Positions 47,554-56,607 are shown, counted from the first letter of the stretch. The stretch is DNA of 64,000 nucleotides from Parcubacteria group bacterium Licking1014_17 (GCA_007376485.1 VMGJ01000001.1:113922-177921), one strand, 5' to 3'. Notes: generated by a model from the sequence alone, not told the origin. Numbers and translations: made by a program.

Positions 47554-48289
47554 ATTTTGAATATTTTTTCAGCTCATTTACAGCGTAAGTGAGCAAATTA
47601 ATGTTTTTTTCATAATCCATTCTCATGGGACCGACCAGAACCAGCAACCCCCTTAATCTTCCCGGCAAATCATAGCCGGCAGTCATCAGCGTCTGGTCCT
47701 GCATATCCCTAATATGGTTTTCTCTCCCGATGGCTATTCTTATTTCAATATCATCGGGCACTCCGAAAAATTCACGTTCCATCCGGTCAAACATGCTTTC
47801 AAATTCATCAAAGAACTTTGCCATTCTGGACATCGCGTCGGCAAACTGGAATTCCGGATGTTGGAATAGCGGTGCCAATCCCCTCTTGAAAAAGTCCTGC
47901 TGTTCTTTAATGGCGGTTATAACGACACTACTTGAGAGCGATGAAAGTGCATCGGCAAGGCATTTGATCATTTTTTCCGGGTCGGACATGGCATCGGCTA
48001 AGTCGCCGCTGATTCTTTTCTTGGCTTCCGGTCTTAAATTGGAATCTCCTACTCTTAAAAAGTTATCAACATAGAATCTGTACGCCTTATCCGTCGGCAC
48101 ACGTCCGCTTGAAGTATGCGGCTGGTGCAAATATCCCGCCTCTTCCAATGACTGCATTTCAGCCCTCAAGGTTGCCGAAGAAAGCTTAAATTTTCCTTGA
48201 TTCGTAAGCAGTTTTGAACTCACCGGCTCGGCGCTGTTTATGTATTCTTCAACCAGTTGTTTTAATACCTGTTTTTGGCGCTCAGTCAT
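47546..48289 (-). CDS. hrcA: Heat-inducible transcription repressor HrcA
   Basis: N-terminal wHTH (TERQKQVLKQLVEEYINSAEPVSSKLL) and an HrcA C-domain. It heads the grpE-dnaK-dnaJ cluster. Confidence 0.8.
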   Translation of the reverse strand: MTERQKQVLKQLVEEYINSAEPVSSKLLTNQGKFKLSSATLRAEMQSLEEAGYLHQPHTSSGRVPTDKAYRFYVDNFLRVGDSNLRPEAKKRISGDLADAMSDPEKMIKCLADALSSLSSSVVITAIKEQQDFFKRGLAPLFQHPEFQFADAMSRMAKFFDEFESMFDRMEREFFGVPDDIEIRIAIGRENHIRDMQDQTLMTAGYDLPGRLRGLLVLVGPMRMDYEKNINLLTYAVNELKKYSKYG

Positions 48290-48312
48290 ATTATAAAAAC
48301 CATTTTAGCCGA

Positions 48313-48339
48313 TTGGCACTCTCAAGTCAAGAGTGCTAA
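48313..48339. promoter_or_regulatory. CIRCE operator (TTGGCACTC-N9-GAGTGCTAA), the HrcA binding site
   Basis: One mismatch to the consensus TTAGCACTC-N9-GAGTGCTAA. Located in the divergent hrcA/cysS promoter region. Confidence 0.8.
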
Positions 48340-48438
48340 TTATTAATACGATGCGAGGGGGCGTAAGGTTTCACCTTGCAGCGTGCGGCAATTCTAAACT
48401 GGTTTGAATAAAAACTCTTTTTCTTCTACAATCATATT

Positions 48439-49881
48439 ATGCTCCGCATATACAATACCCTCACCAATTCAAAGGAATATTTTTTAAGTTCGGATACGAA
48501 AATCAGGATGTTTGTCTGCGGACCGACGGTGTACAATTACATCCACATCGGCAACGCCCGTTTGTTCACGGTTTTTGATGTTGTCGCCAAATATCTGCGC
48601 TACCTCGGCTACAAATTGTCGTATATTCAAAACATTACCGATATTGATGACAAAATCATTAATCAGGCGAAAGAAAACAATGAAACTTCGGAAACAGTAG
48701 CGAAAAGATTCCTGAATGAATTTTACAAGGATATAAAAAGCCTCGGGATTACGTCCGTGGATTCTTATCCCAAAGCATCCGAACATATTCCGGAAATTAT
48801 CGGGCAAATCAAAAAATTAGTTGAAAAAGGGGCTGCTTACGCGGTGCCGTCGGTTGCTGTTTCAGGTGAGGATGCCATCAATGACCCGGCGAACAATGAT
48901 GTTTATTTTTCGGTGGCGATGTTCCCTGAATTCGGAAAACTGTCAAAACAGCAATTGGATAAACTTGAAGCTGGAGCGCGGGTTGAAACCGAAACCAACA
49001 AACGTGACCCAAAGGATTTTGTTTTATGGAAAGCGCAAAATTATATTTACGAGCCGTCATGGGACTCACCATGGGGCAAGGGCAGGCCCGGCTGGCATAT
49101 TGAAGATACGGCAATTACCGAAAAATATTTCGGTCCGCAATATGAAATCCACGGCGGCGGTCAGGATTTAATGTTTCCCCATCACGAAGCCGAAATCGCC
49201 CAACAGGAATCCATATCAGGGTTACAGCCGTTCGTAAAATACTGGATGCACGCCGGATTTTTGACAATGAAAGACGATAAGATGTCAAAATCAACCGGGA
49301 ATTTTATCACTTTGAGAGACGCCATGGAAGAATACGGAATGGAAACTTTGAGATTTTATTTCTTGAGTTCCCATTACCGCGCCCCGCTGGATTACGCCGA
49401 CGAAACCATCAAACAATCGGCGGCGGCAACAACGAGACTGGCTGAATTTTATTTAAAACTAAAAAGTATCAAAAATTCGCTTAAAACCGAACCGAACGAA
49501 AAAAATTTTTCCGCCATTTCTACTATTACGGGTTTTTTTGAAAAAGATATGGACGATGACTTTAACACTTCGCGCGCTTTTTCGAGAGCTTTTGACTTGA
49601 TAAGATACGCCAGTCCGCTGATAAATGACGGCTCGCTGGACGTTGAGTCCTATAAAAAAATAATGGAAACCCTTGATTTAATGAACAGCATCTTCGGAAT
49701 AATCCCAAAGGAGTTGACTGAAATCCCCGCAAATGTCAAAAAATTATGCGAAGAGCGTGAGCGGGCGCGGGCAAGCAAAAACTATGGCCAAGCCGATTAT
49801 ATCCGGATGCAGATTCAGGCGCTCGGATACAGAGTAGACGATACAAAATACGGGCCGTTCATAAAGAAAAAGACGTTTTAA
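48439..49881 (+). CDS. cysS: Cysteine--tRNA ligase
   Basis: Class I HIGH-like HIGN, KMSKS, and the Zn-binding Cys context of CysRS. Confidence 0.85.
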   Translation: MLRIYNTLTNSKEYFLSSDTKIRMFVCGPTVYNYIHIGNARLFTVFDVVAKYLRYLGYKLSYIQNITDIDDKIINQAKENNETSETVAKRFLNEFYKDIKSLGITSVDSYPKASEHIPEIIGQIKKLVEKGAAYAVPSVAVSGEDAINDPANNDVYFSVAMFPEFGKLSKQQLDKLEAGARVETETNKRDPKDFVLWKAQNYIYEPSWDSPWGKGRPGWHIEDTAITEKYFGPQYEIHGGGQDLMFPHHEAEIAQQESISGLQPFVKYWMHAGFLTMKDDKMSKSTGNFITLRDAMEEYGMETLRFYFLSSHYRAPLDYADETIKQSAAATTRLAEFYLKLKSIKNSLKTEPNEKNFSAISTITGFFEKDMDDDFNTSRAFSRAFDLIRYASPLINDGSLDVESYKKIMETLDLMNSIFGIIPKELTEIPANVKKLCEERERARASKNYGQADYIRMQIQALGYRVDDTKYGPFIKKKTF

Positions 49882-49927
49882 AAGCTTCTCCAATGGGGCA
49901 TTGTGCTTTTTTACAGTATGGGATTAT

Positions 49928-50099
49928 ACTCGCTGGTGTGTTTTTTGTGACTGGATTTTCGCCAGGGCTTCGACTGAGCTCAGCCGAACGTCCGACGAAA
50001 ATCCATCTGGTGAAGTCATCGTCATTTGTCAAGACATAAAGTCATTGACAAAACCGTGCTGACAATGGCTTCAACAGCACTCAAAACACACCAGCTCGT
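49928..50099 (+). repeat. Family C repeat copy C2 (172 bp)
   Basis: ACTCGCTGGTGTGTTTT...GTCATTTGTCAAGACATAAAGTCATTGACAAAACCGTGCTGACAATGGCTTCAACAGCACTCAAAACACACCAGCTCGT. Confidence 0.55.
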
Positions 50100-50168
50100 T
50101 GGAACCTTTAGTAAGGCGGTAAAAACCCAATACTTGCTTTAAAACACAACGTCTCTCCCCTGCAAGGG

Positions 50169-50302
50169 TGATATGCCTTTGAGCAGTACAGCGAGCCAGT
50201 TTTGCTTGGTCCCCCACCATCACGCTGGTGGGGGAAAACTGGCGAGGTATAAGCGGAGGTTTTCGCTGGAAAAACCGGAGCATCTGCAAAAAGGCATATC
50301 AC
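50169..50302 (+). repeat. Family B structured repeat copy B3
   Basis: GTGATATGCCTTTGAGCAGTACAGCGAGCCAGTTTTGCTTGGTCCCCCACCATCACGCTGGTGGGGGAAAACTGGCGAGGTATAAGCGGAGG...CTGCAAAAAGGCATATCAC. Confidence 0.6.
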
Positions 50303-50388
50303 TCTTAGCACACTTATCCACAGCCTATCCTCCAGATACCAGCTTCTCCGGCTTAGGGGCTCTTTTTTTATTTTTGTATACTTAGTCC

Positions 50389-51744
50389 ATGCCGGAAAAG
50401 AACGGAAAAATAAACGACCAACTGCCGCCGCAAAACATAGAAGCGGAAAAAGGCCTGCTTGGGGCGTTATTGATTGATAAAGAAGCAATCCATAGAGTGG
50501 TTGATATTGTCGACTCGGATAATTATTACAGCCGCGCCCATCAGATAATCTATGAAGCGATGATGAGATTATACACCAAGAACGAACCTATAGATTTACT
50601 GACGGTTTCAAATATTCTCGAAGAGCAAAAACAGCTCGAAACAATCGGCGGCACAGGATATCTGACCTCGCTCGTCAATTCAGCGCATTCTTCCGCCCAC
50701 GCCGCCCATTACGCAAAGATAGTGGAGCGCAAAAGCATTCTCCGCGGGCTGATTGACAGTGCTTATGAAATAATCAGGCTTGGATATCAGGAAGAAACCG
50801 ATTTGGAAAATCTGCTTGATGAGGCGGAACAAAAACTGTTTTCAGTCACCCAGAAGTCAATTCAGCAAAAATTTGAATCCATCGGCAGTACTCTTAACGA
50901 AGCATTTGAAAGACTGGACAGCCTGCACAAGGGCGATGGCGTCATCCGCGGAATGCCGACGGGCTTCGCGGATTTGGATAATAAAACAGCCGGCTTGCAA
51001 AAATCCAACCTTGTAATCCTCGCCGCCCGCCCTTCAATCGGAAAAACCAGCTTGGCGTTGGATGTCGCCCGCCATGTGGCAAAATTCACGCCTGTCGGCA
51101 TATTCAGTTTGGAAATGTCGCGAGAAGAGGTAACCGACCGGCTGATTGCCTCAACAGCCGGCGTGAGCCTTTGGAAAATGAGAACCGGCAAATTATCCTC
51201 GCACGGCGAAAATAATGATTTCCAAAAAATCGCTGTGGCTCTGGATGAGCTTTCAAAAAGCAAACTGTTCATTGAGGACTCCTCAACTCTTTCGGTATTG
51301 CAAATGAGAGCCATGTCGCGGCGCTTACAGGCAGAACACGGTCTTGGGCTTATTATCGTTGATTATCTGCAATTGATTACGCCGAACCAGAAATTTGACA
51401 GTGCAGTTCAACAGGTTACGGAAATATCAAGAAATCTTAAAGCTCTCGCCCGCGAATTAAGTGTGCCGGTGCTCGCGGTTTCCCAGTTGAGCCGCGCCGT
51501 TGAAAGCAGGCCGAACCAGAGGCCGAAATTATCCGACCTTCGCGATAGCGGAAGCATTGAGCAGGATGCCGACTTGGTGATGTTTATTTACAGGGATGAT
51601 AAAGTGAGGCAGGACCAGAACGCTATGAAAACCAATGTAGCCGAAATAATAATCGCCAAGCACCGCAACGGTCCGACCGGTGAAGTAGAATTGTATTTTG
51701 ACGAGGAATCGGTATCATTTAAAGACCTGGCGAAGAATTTTTAA
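50389..51744 (+). CDS. dnaB: Replicative DNA helicase DnaB
   Basis: N-terminal PPQNIEAEKGLLGALL and RecA-like C-domain motifs (ARPSIGKT Walker A, IIVDYLQL). Confidence 0.9.
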   Translation: MPEKNGKINDQLPPQNIEAEKGLLGALLIDKEAIHRVVDIVDSDNYYSRAHQIIYEAMMRLYTKNEPIDLLTVSNILEEQKQLETIGGTGYLTSLVNSAHSSAHAAHYAKIVERKSILRGLIDSAYEIIRLGYQEETDLENLLDEAEQKLFSVTQKSIQQKFESIGSTLNEAFERLDSLHKGDGVIRGMPTGFADLDNKTAGLQKSNLVILAARPSIGKTSLALDVARHVAKFTPVGIFSLEMSREEVTDRLIASTAGVSLWKMRTGKLSSHGENNDFQKIAVALDELSKSKLFIEDSSTLSVLQMRAMSRRLQAEHGLGLIIVDYLQLITPNQKFDSAVQQVTEISRNLKALARELSVPVLAVSQLSRAVESRPNQRPKLSDLRDSGSIEQDADLVMFIYRDDKVRQDQNAMKTNVAEIIIAKHRNGPTGEVELYFDEESVSFKDLAKNF

Positions 51745-52340
51745 TGCCCGAAAAAATAAAAAAGATAATTTCTTTTCTGTCAAAATTGCCCGGAATCGGT
51801 CCCCGTCAGGCCACCCGTTTGGTTTTGGCTATGCTTGACTGGAAAAACTCGGACCTGGAGGATTTTGCTTCTGCGATTTCAGTTCTTAAGAAAGGACCGG
51901 TTTTATGCAGGCAGTGCTTTAATTTTGCCGAAGCCGAATTATGCTCCATTTGCTTAAACTCAAAAAGAAATCAAAAACATATTGCCGTCGTTGAAAGGGT
52001 TACCGATCTCCAGTCAATCGAAAACACCGGCTTATTTAAGGGCGTCTATCACGTGCTTGGGGGCGCGATCAATCCGGCCGACGGAGTTCTGCCCGAAAAG
52101 CTCAAAGTTGCCGAATTGGTCAGTAGGATCAAGAATCTTAAACATTCGGATGGCGGACTTGAAATCACCCTCGCCACGAATCCGAACGCATACGGCGACA
52201 CTACCGCCTTGTTTCTTGAACAGGAATTAAAGCCGCTGAAAGTGAAAGTCACCCGCCTTGCACGGGGATTGTCTTCGGGTTCAAATGTTGAATACGCGGA
52301 CGAAACGACACTGAAAAACGCGTTTAGGCATAGAAAGTAG
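51744..52340 (+). CDS. recR: Recombination protein RecR
   Basis: HhH (LPGIGPRQATRL), a C4 zinc finger (CRQC...CSIC) and a Toprim domain. Confidence 0.85.
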   Translation: MPEKIKKIISFLSKLPGIGPRQATRLVLAMLDWKNSDLEDFASAISVLKKGPVLCRQCFNFAEAELCSICLNSKRNQKHIAVVERVTDLQSIENTGLFKGVYHVLGGAINPADGVLPEKLKVAELVSRIKNLKHSDGGLEITLATNPNAYGDTTALFLEQELKPLKVKVTRLARGLSSGSNVEYADETTLKNAFRHRK

Positions 52341-52396
52341 ACACATAGTAACCGCCCCTGTGAAATCGTTTAGTGGATACTAATTTACTGGATATT

Positions 52397-52429
52397 TAAA
52401 AAAACGACCCAAGTGGAATCTCGGGTCGT
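52397..52429 (-). terminator. Rho-independent terminator (ACGACCC-loop-GGGTCGT then T7 on the minus strand) immediately after the radical-SAM gene stop
   Basis: A perfect 7-bp stem with a poly-A/T flank. It is adjacent to the TGA stop at 52430-52432. Confidence 0.6.
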
Positions 52430-53233
52430 TCATGATTTACTGAAGGTCCGAATAATGTTGTCAAGATAACACGTTTTTGAGACTACCTGTCTCCACTTGT
52501 CAAAGATGTCTGGGTCAAAGATATTACCAAGAGGAACGAGGCGACAAATATTCATGTCATCCTCGGGTATTGTTACCTGGCCATCGGATTCGACGAAGAA
52601 ATATGCGTGATTTCTATCATTCCTTCTCGACACAACCACGCTGAACGAATTCTGAAATTCCTCCCTGATTGTTGTCACTGCCTCATTGAAGGAGTCATCA
52701 GTCACCTCAAATAAATGTCTGCTCAGAATGGCATTCTCTTGAGGCGTGAACTGATACAACTTCCAAATAGAAACAGGGTAACGCCTGATCAAGTTTCCGA
52801 TGGCTTTCAAATCATGACCGACACGAATTATCGGTCTCTTTGAGATTGTTGCCATGTACTCCAAGGCAGAAAATATCCTATCAGCGTCTCTGCGTTGAGC
52901 GTTCATAACAGGAAGCCCTATCACGTCGACATTGCAACAAATCAAATCTTGGTATGAGAGAAAAAAGTCCGCATTGGTGTCTAAAAAGACATCGAATCCG
53001 GATTTTTTCAAATGGAACATCACCTCGGGAAAATCGTTTCGAATGGTTGGTTCCCCTCCTGTTAAGAGAATGGACTCTGCGCCATTAATTTTAAGAACGC
53101 TGAAAACGCGTTTTAACGTTGAGAGGTCCATCTCTGGAACGTTTTTGGGGGCAAAACAATGCAGGCACTTACGACTACACCGTGCGGTGATTCGTAAAGA
53201 TACTACCTTGGGAACAAGTTCTTTTTTATTCAT
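52430..53233 (-). CDS. Radical SAM protein, function unknown (267 aa; start at the ATG after GGGAG)
   Basis: CSRKCLHC (CxxxCxxC) 4Fe-4S/SAM motif and the LLTGGEPT glycine-rich SAM-binding region. No SPASM/twitch Cys cluster. Codon usage is less A-rich than the neighbours. Confidence 0.65.
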   Translation of the reverse strand: MNKKELVPKVVSLRITARCSRKCLHCFAPKNVPEMDLSTLKRVFSVLKINGAESILLTGGEPTIRNDFPEVMFHLKKSGFDVFLDTNADFFLSYQDLICCNVDVIGLPVMNAQRRDADRIFSALEYMATISKRPIIRVGHDLKAIGNLIRRYPVSIWKLYQFTPQENAILSRHLFEVTDDSFNEAVTTIREEFQNSFSVVVSRRNDRNHAYFFVESDGQVTIPEDDMNICRLVPLGNIFDPDIFDKWRQVVSKTCYLDNIIRTFSKS

Positions 53234-53380
53234 ACACACTCCCTATGTCAATGAGCATAATCGTAACCAAAAAACTGACTCTGATTCTATACTCAAATAT
53301 TTTGCGGGTCAAATGGTGGAATTGAATCGCTCGCCTCGCTGAAGCCTTCGGTGAAGCGAGCAAAATGGGAAAGACACGCT

Positions 53381-53516
53381 AAAAAACTGCTTTTGAGCAG
53401 TACAGCGAGCCAGTTTTGCTTGGTTCCTCACCAGCGCGCTGGTGAGGGAAAACTGGTGAGCTATAAGCGAGGGCTTCGCTGGAAAGCCCGAGCATCTGCG
53501 AAAAGGCAGTTTTTTA
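53381..53516 (+). repeat. Family B structured repeat copy B4
   Basis: AAAAAACTGCTTTTGAGCAGTACAGCGAGCCAGTTTTGCTTGGTTCCTCACCAGCGCGCTGGTGAGGGAAAACTGGTGAGCTATAAGCGAGGGCTTCGCTGGAAAGCCCGAGCATCTGCGAAAAGGCAGTTTTTT. Confidence 0.6.
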
Positions 53517-53654
53517 AATTTCTAGACTCGTAAAACACAATCACCGCCTCTACCCCGAACCACGCAAAAAAGCCCATTTATATGATAACGGCTAAGCAGC
53601 AAAAATGGCTAGATGTAACACAGATTCAATGCCCGCGGGAGCGTGTTACGGGGC

Positions 53655-53975
53655 TTATGCGGCGATTGATAATATTTCCACTTTTGTAAATGGCTGACGA
53701 TGCCCCTTTTTCTTTTTGTAGCGGGTCTTGCGGGTATATCTGAAAACAATTTTTTTGTCCGATTTTCCTTCTTCCAGAACCTTGGCTCGCACTTTCGCGC
53801 CCTCAAGCATCGGTTTGCCGATGGTGGCAATATTGGCATTGTCGTCGCCAATCAATAAAACCTCATTAAAATCAAATTCATCACCGGGCTTGAACTCCAG
53901 CCTTTCAACCTCAATTTTGTCGCCCACTTCCACCTTATACTGCTTTCCGCCTGTTTTTATAACCGCAAATGACAT
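53655..53975 (-). CDS. rplU: 50S ribosomal protein L21
   Basis: MSFAVIKTGGKQYKVEVGDKIEVERL matches L21. Start set to the conserved N-terminus. Confidence 0.85.
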   Translation of the reverse strand: MSFAVIKTGGKQYKVEVGDKIEVERLEFKPGDEFDFNEVLLIGDDNANIATIGKPMLEGAKVRAKVLEEGKSDKKIVFRYTRKTRYKKKKGHRQPFTKVEILSIAA

Positions 53976-54020
53976 AATTAAGAAATATAGCAAATATGCG
54001 GTTCCCCGTCAAACAGTTGC

Positions 54021-54803
54021 CTATTCCAAAAACACCTTTTTCGCCAAACCTCCAAAAGCATTAGCCCAGTTTTCCTTTGGAAAAATTTGTTTAATAAGTT
54101 TGATATAAAGTTCAATCTCATCAAGCGGGACGTTCTCTCCCCCGTAATCGGTGCCAAACATGATTTTTTTCTTAATTTCCGGGAAATACGCCATTATTTT
54201 TGCCAAGTCTTTTTTATATTCCAGATAAAGAAGTTTGGTTTCTTTTTTTGACGCGCCGGCATCTATAGTTCCGGAGATATCGGCATAAACATTCTTGTTC
54301 TTACTGACTACGCTGGCGCATTCATACATAAAAGGAAAACCGAAATGGCAGATGACTATTTTAAGGTCGGGATACCTGACGGCAATATCATCAACGTAAA
54401 GAGGGTTGGCAAATCGGAGAAGAGCTCGGCTGTCGCTGACGTCGCCGGAGTGGAATGCCAGCGGTTTGTTGTATTTCAGGCAGAGTTCGGCAACTGGCCA
54501 GACTCTGGAATCATTCGCACTGAAATACTGGTAGCCCGGGTATAATTTTACCCCTACAATCTCGCCTTTTTTGAACATACTCTCTATTGTCTTGAGTTGG
54601 ATTTTTATTTTTTCCGGCGCATTTATGTCTACCCCCGCCAGAAGCCGCAGGTTTTTCTTTGAAGCAACATATTTTGCCGTTTTCCGCAAGTCATCCTTGC
54701 AGTAATGCATAACAAAAGCCAGGCCAACGCGCCCTTTGGCTTTTCTCATATAAGACTGATATGTCTTTTCATCGTCAATATGTGTGTGAACGTCAATAAC
54801 CAT
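54021..54803 (-). CDS. Amidohydrolase-2/TIM-barrel metal-dependent hydrolase family protein
   Basis: N-terminal VIDVHTHI metal-binding motif and later AFHSGD and CHFG-type His/Asp ligand positions. Confidence 0.55.
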   Translation of the reverse strand: MVIDVHTHIDDEKTYQSYMRKAKGRVGLAFVMHYCKDDLRKTAKYVASKKNLRLLAGVDINAPEKIKIQLKTIESMFKKGEIVGVKLYPGYQYFSANDSRVWPVAELCLKYNKPLAFHSGDVSDSRALLRFANPLYVDDIAVRYPDLKIVICHFGFPFMYECASVVSKNKNVYADISGTIDAGASKKETKLLYLEYKKDLAKIMAYFPEIKKKIMFGTDYGGENVPLDEIELYIKLIKQIFPKENWANAFGGLAKKVFLE

Positions 54804-54962
54804 TTCCGGATATTACCCCAAGTAGAAATGTAAATCAAACGACCCGACACACTTTCTTATTTTGTCAAATTAGGATTTATTTTGTTTATAAATATAAAAA
54901 AGAAAAAACGGCAGATTCATAACGCGAATCTGCCGTGCAAAAAATATTGTCAGCCAGTAGAA

Positions 54963-55709
54963 TCAGACTACCGTAAGACAGCATTCCATTTCTAATTGCT
55001 CCCCCTCTTTGAGAAACCTACCATATTCAGAATCGGTGAATACGTCCGGGTCAGTTAAGGTGGGTTCAACGCAGAAATACTCATCTGGATTATCACTCCA
55101 TAATGTAAGGTATGACTTGGGACCGAAATCACCTCCCAATATCATTTTCAGCTTGTGCTCTCCGGACCTGACTAAAATAGGCTCATCAGCAATAATTCTT
55201 GACGACTTGCCGCAGAAGTCAGTTATCACACGAGAACCAACTCTGGCTATACCCCTTGTCATATACTCATCCGACCTGTCGGCGCAGAAATACGGATGAA
55301 AACCCGGGTTGATCGGTGCGTGAAGAAATTCCCCATCCTTCAATCTTTTTGCGACCAGCCCTAAAATCAAACTGCCGTAGAATCTGACCCTTATGGTTAC
55401 CCTGTATTCCAACAGCCACGGAAATCCAGGCATTTTTTCATTTGCCCCTCTAAAAACAATACAATCCCCTGAATGTTCGACAAGGTCAAAATCTTGATTT
55501 CTCAACCATCCGTGTTTAGGAATTGCATTGAAATCTTCAGGGGGCGTTCCAAAGAATGGGAAACAAATAGGTATGCCCCCTCTGGATTTTTGTCCAACTG
55601 TCATTTTTGAATAGATGATATTCTTGCCATGGATTGAAAAACTTCCCACAGTCGCGCCAATTGATGAAACACTGGCGCTAACATCTCCGTCTTCAATAAT
55701 TCTAATCAT
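54963..55709 (-). CDS. Aldose 1-epimerase-family protein (hexose-6-phosphate mutarotase-like)
   Basis: GGIPICFPFFG motif and a beta-sandwich length. Codon usage is less A-rich than the core genes. Confidence 0.5.
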   Translation of the reverse strand: MIRIIEDGDVSASVSSIGATVGSFSIHGKNIIYSKMTVGQKSRGGIPICFPFFGTPPEDFNAIPKHGWLRNQDFDLVEHSGDCIVFRGANEKMPGFPWLLEYRVTIRVRFYGSLILGLVAKRLKDGEFLHAPINPGFHPYFCADRSDEYMTRGIARVGSRVITDFCGKSSRIIADEPILVRSGEHKLKMILGGDFGPKSYLTLWSDNPDEYFCVEPTLTDPDVFTDSEYGRFLKEGEQLEMECCLTVV

Positions 55710-55814
55710 AACTTACAATCCTCCTTTAATTGTCAAAGAATTATCTACAAATGGACAGCCCTAATGGTATCACTAAAAAACAAAAAAAGTCAAGTAGAGT
55801 TTTTTTACGTGGTA

Positions 55815-55843
55815 TTGACAGAAAAATTTAAAAAAGTAAAAAT
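55815..55843 (+). promoter_or_regulatory. Promoter TTGACA-N17-AAAAAT (possible -10 TAAAAT with N16)
   Basis: A perfect -35 about 50 nt upstream of the AGGAGG/ATG of the 55894 gene. Confidence 0.35.
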
Positions 55844-55893
55844 AGCAGAAGTCCTTTTTATTCAATTAACCCCTAAGCCTGAAAGGAGGCCCT

Positions 55894-56202
55894 ATGGATC
55901 CAGAGGAGAGAAGTTCCTCACCTTCACTGCTGATAGAGGTTTGCAAGTGCCGTTTTCATGTCAACCTTTATTATGACAATGAGTACGTTGGGACGATTTT
56001 TTCCCAGTGGGGATTTCTTACGGCGGCGGCTAAAATATGGGAGGACAACAGAATTGAAGCGGAAGGTTTTCCCATGATTGATGATCTTGTGGGAAGTTTA
56101 GATTTGCCTATACTTTCAGAGGATGGGCTTGATTGGACAAATGAGCCCGTTGCGGCGTGTGGCTTCGTGTATTTCCCCAACGGCAGAGGAGGCAACGCGT
56201 AA
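55894..56202 (+). CDS. Hypothetical protein (102 aa)
   Basis: A strong RBS (AAAGGAGG) and a terminator downstream. No family recognised. Confidence 0.45.
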   Translation: MDPEERSSSPSLLIEVCKCRFHVNLYYDNEYVGTIFSQWGFLTAAAKIWEDNRIEAEGFPMIDDLVGSLDLPILSEDGLDWTNEPVAACGFVYFPNGRGGNA

Positions 56203-56221
56203 TGCACCAAGAAAGTAAGGA

Positions 56222-56254
56222 AAAGGCGGTTCGGTTTCAGCCAGAGCCGCCTTT
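56222..56254. terminator. Bidirectional terminator (AAAGGCGG...CCGCCTTT with flanking A and T runs)
   Basis: An 8-bp stem sitting between the 55894 gene and tRNA-Glu. Confidence 0.6.
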
Positions 56255-56275
56255 TATAATTTGTTTAATAACCCG

Positions 56276-56348
56276 CAGCGCCAACCGGATTTGAACCGGT
56301 GTTCCATGGCTGAGAACCATGTGTCCTAAACCGCTAGACGATGGCGCC
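56276..56348 (-). tRNA. tRNA-Glu (anticodon CUC)
   Basis: The reverse complement GGCGCCATCGTCTAGCGGTTTAGGACACATGGTTCTCAGCCATGGAACACCGGTTCAAATCCGGTTGGCGCTG folds as a cloverleaf. The 3-bp D stem GTC/GAC is typical of tRNA-Glu. Anticodon loop TTCTCAG. CCA is not encoded. Confidence 0.8.
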
Positions 56349-56398
56349 AATGATTTTTTATAACATAAAAACTTACTTGTTCAAAATTAAAAGCGGAG

Positions 56399-56533
56399 AA
56401 AAAACTGCTTTTGAGCAGTACAGCGAACCAGTTTTGCTTGGTCTCACGCCGGCGCGCCGGTGGGAGAAAACTGGTGAGGTATAAGCGAGAATTTCGCTGG
56501 AAAGTTCAAGCATCTGCGAAAAGGCAGTTTTTT
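56399..56533 (+). repeat. Family B structured repeat copy B5
   Basis: Near-identical outer arms to B4 (AAAAAACTGCTTTTGAGCAG...CTGCGAAAAGGCAGTTTTTT). Central hairpin CTCACGCCGGCGCGCCGGTGGGAG. Confidence 0.6.
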
Positions 56534-56607
56534 AGGCTTTGGTGGATGAATTTTCCTCGCAGGCGAAAATCCAGTCCCGAAAAGCATATTGGCTCGCCTT
56601 AAATCTA

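Noticed and set aside
53351-53533. 60-aa ORF and the similar ORFs at 56411-56602 and 56444-56626
   Set aside because: They are translations of family-B repeat copies and appear repeatedly because the DNA is repeated, not because they are coding.
53655-53975. Separation of rplU (53.7 kb) and rpmA (28.1 kb), normally one operon
   Set aside because: This is a genuine observation but common in reduced genomes, so it is not interesting enough for a finding.
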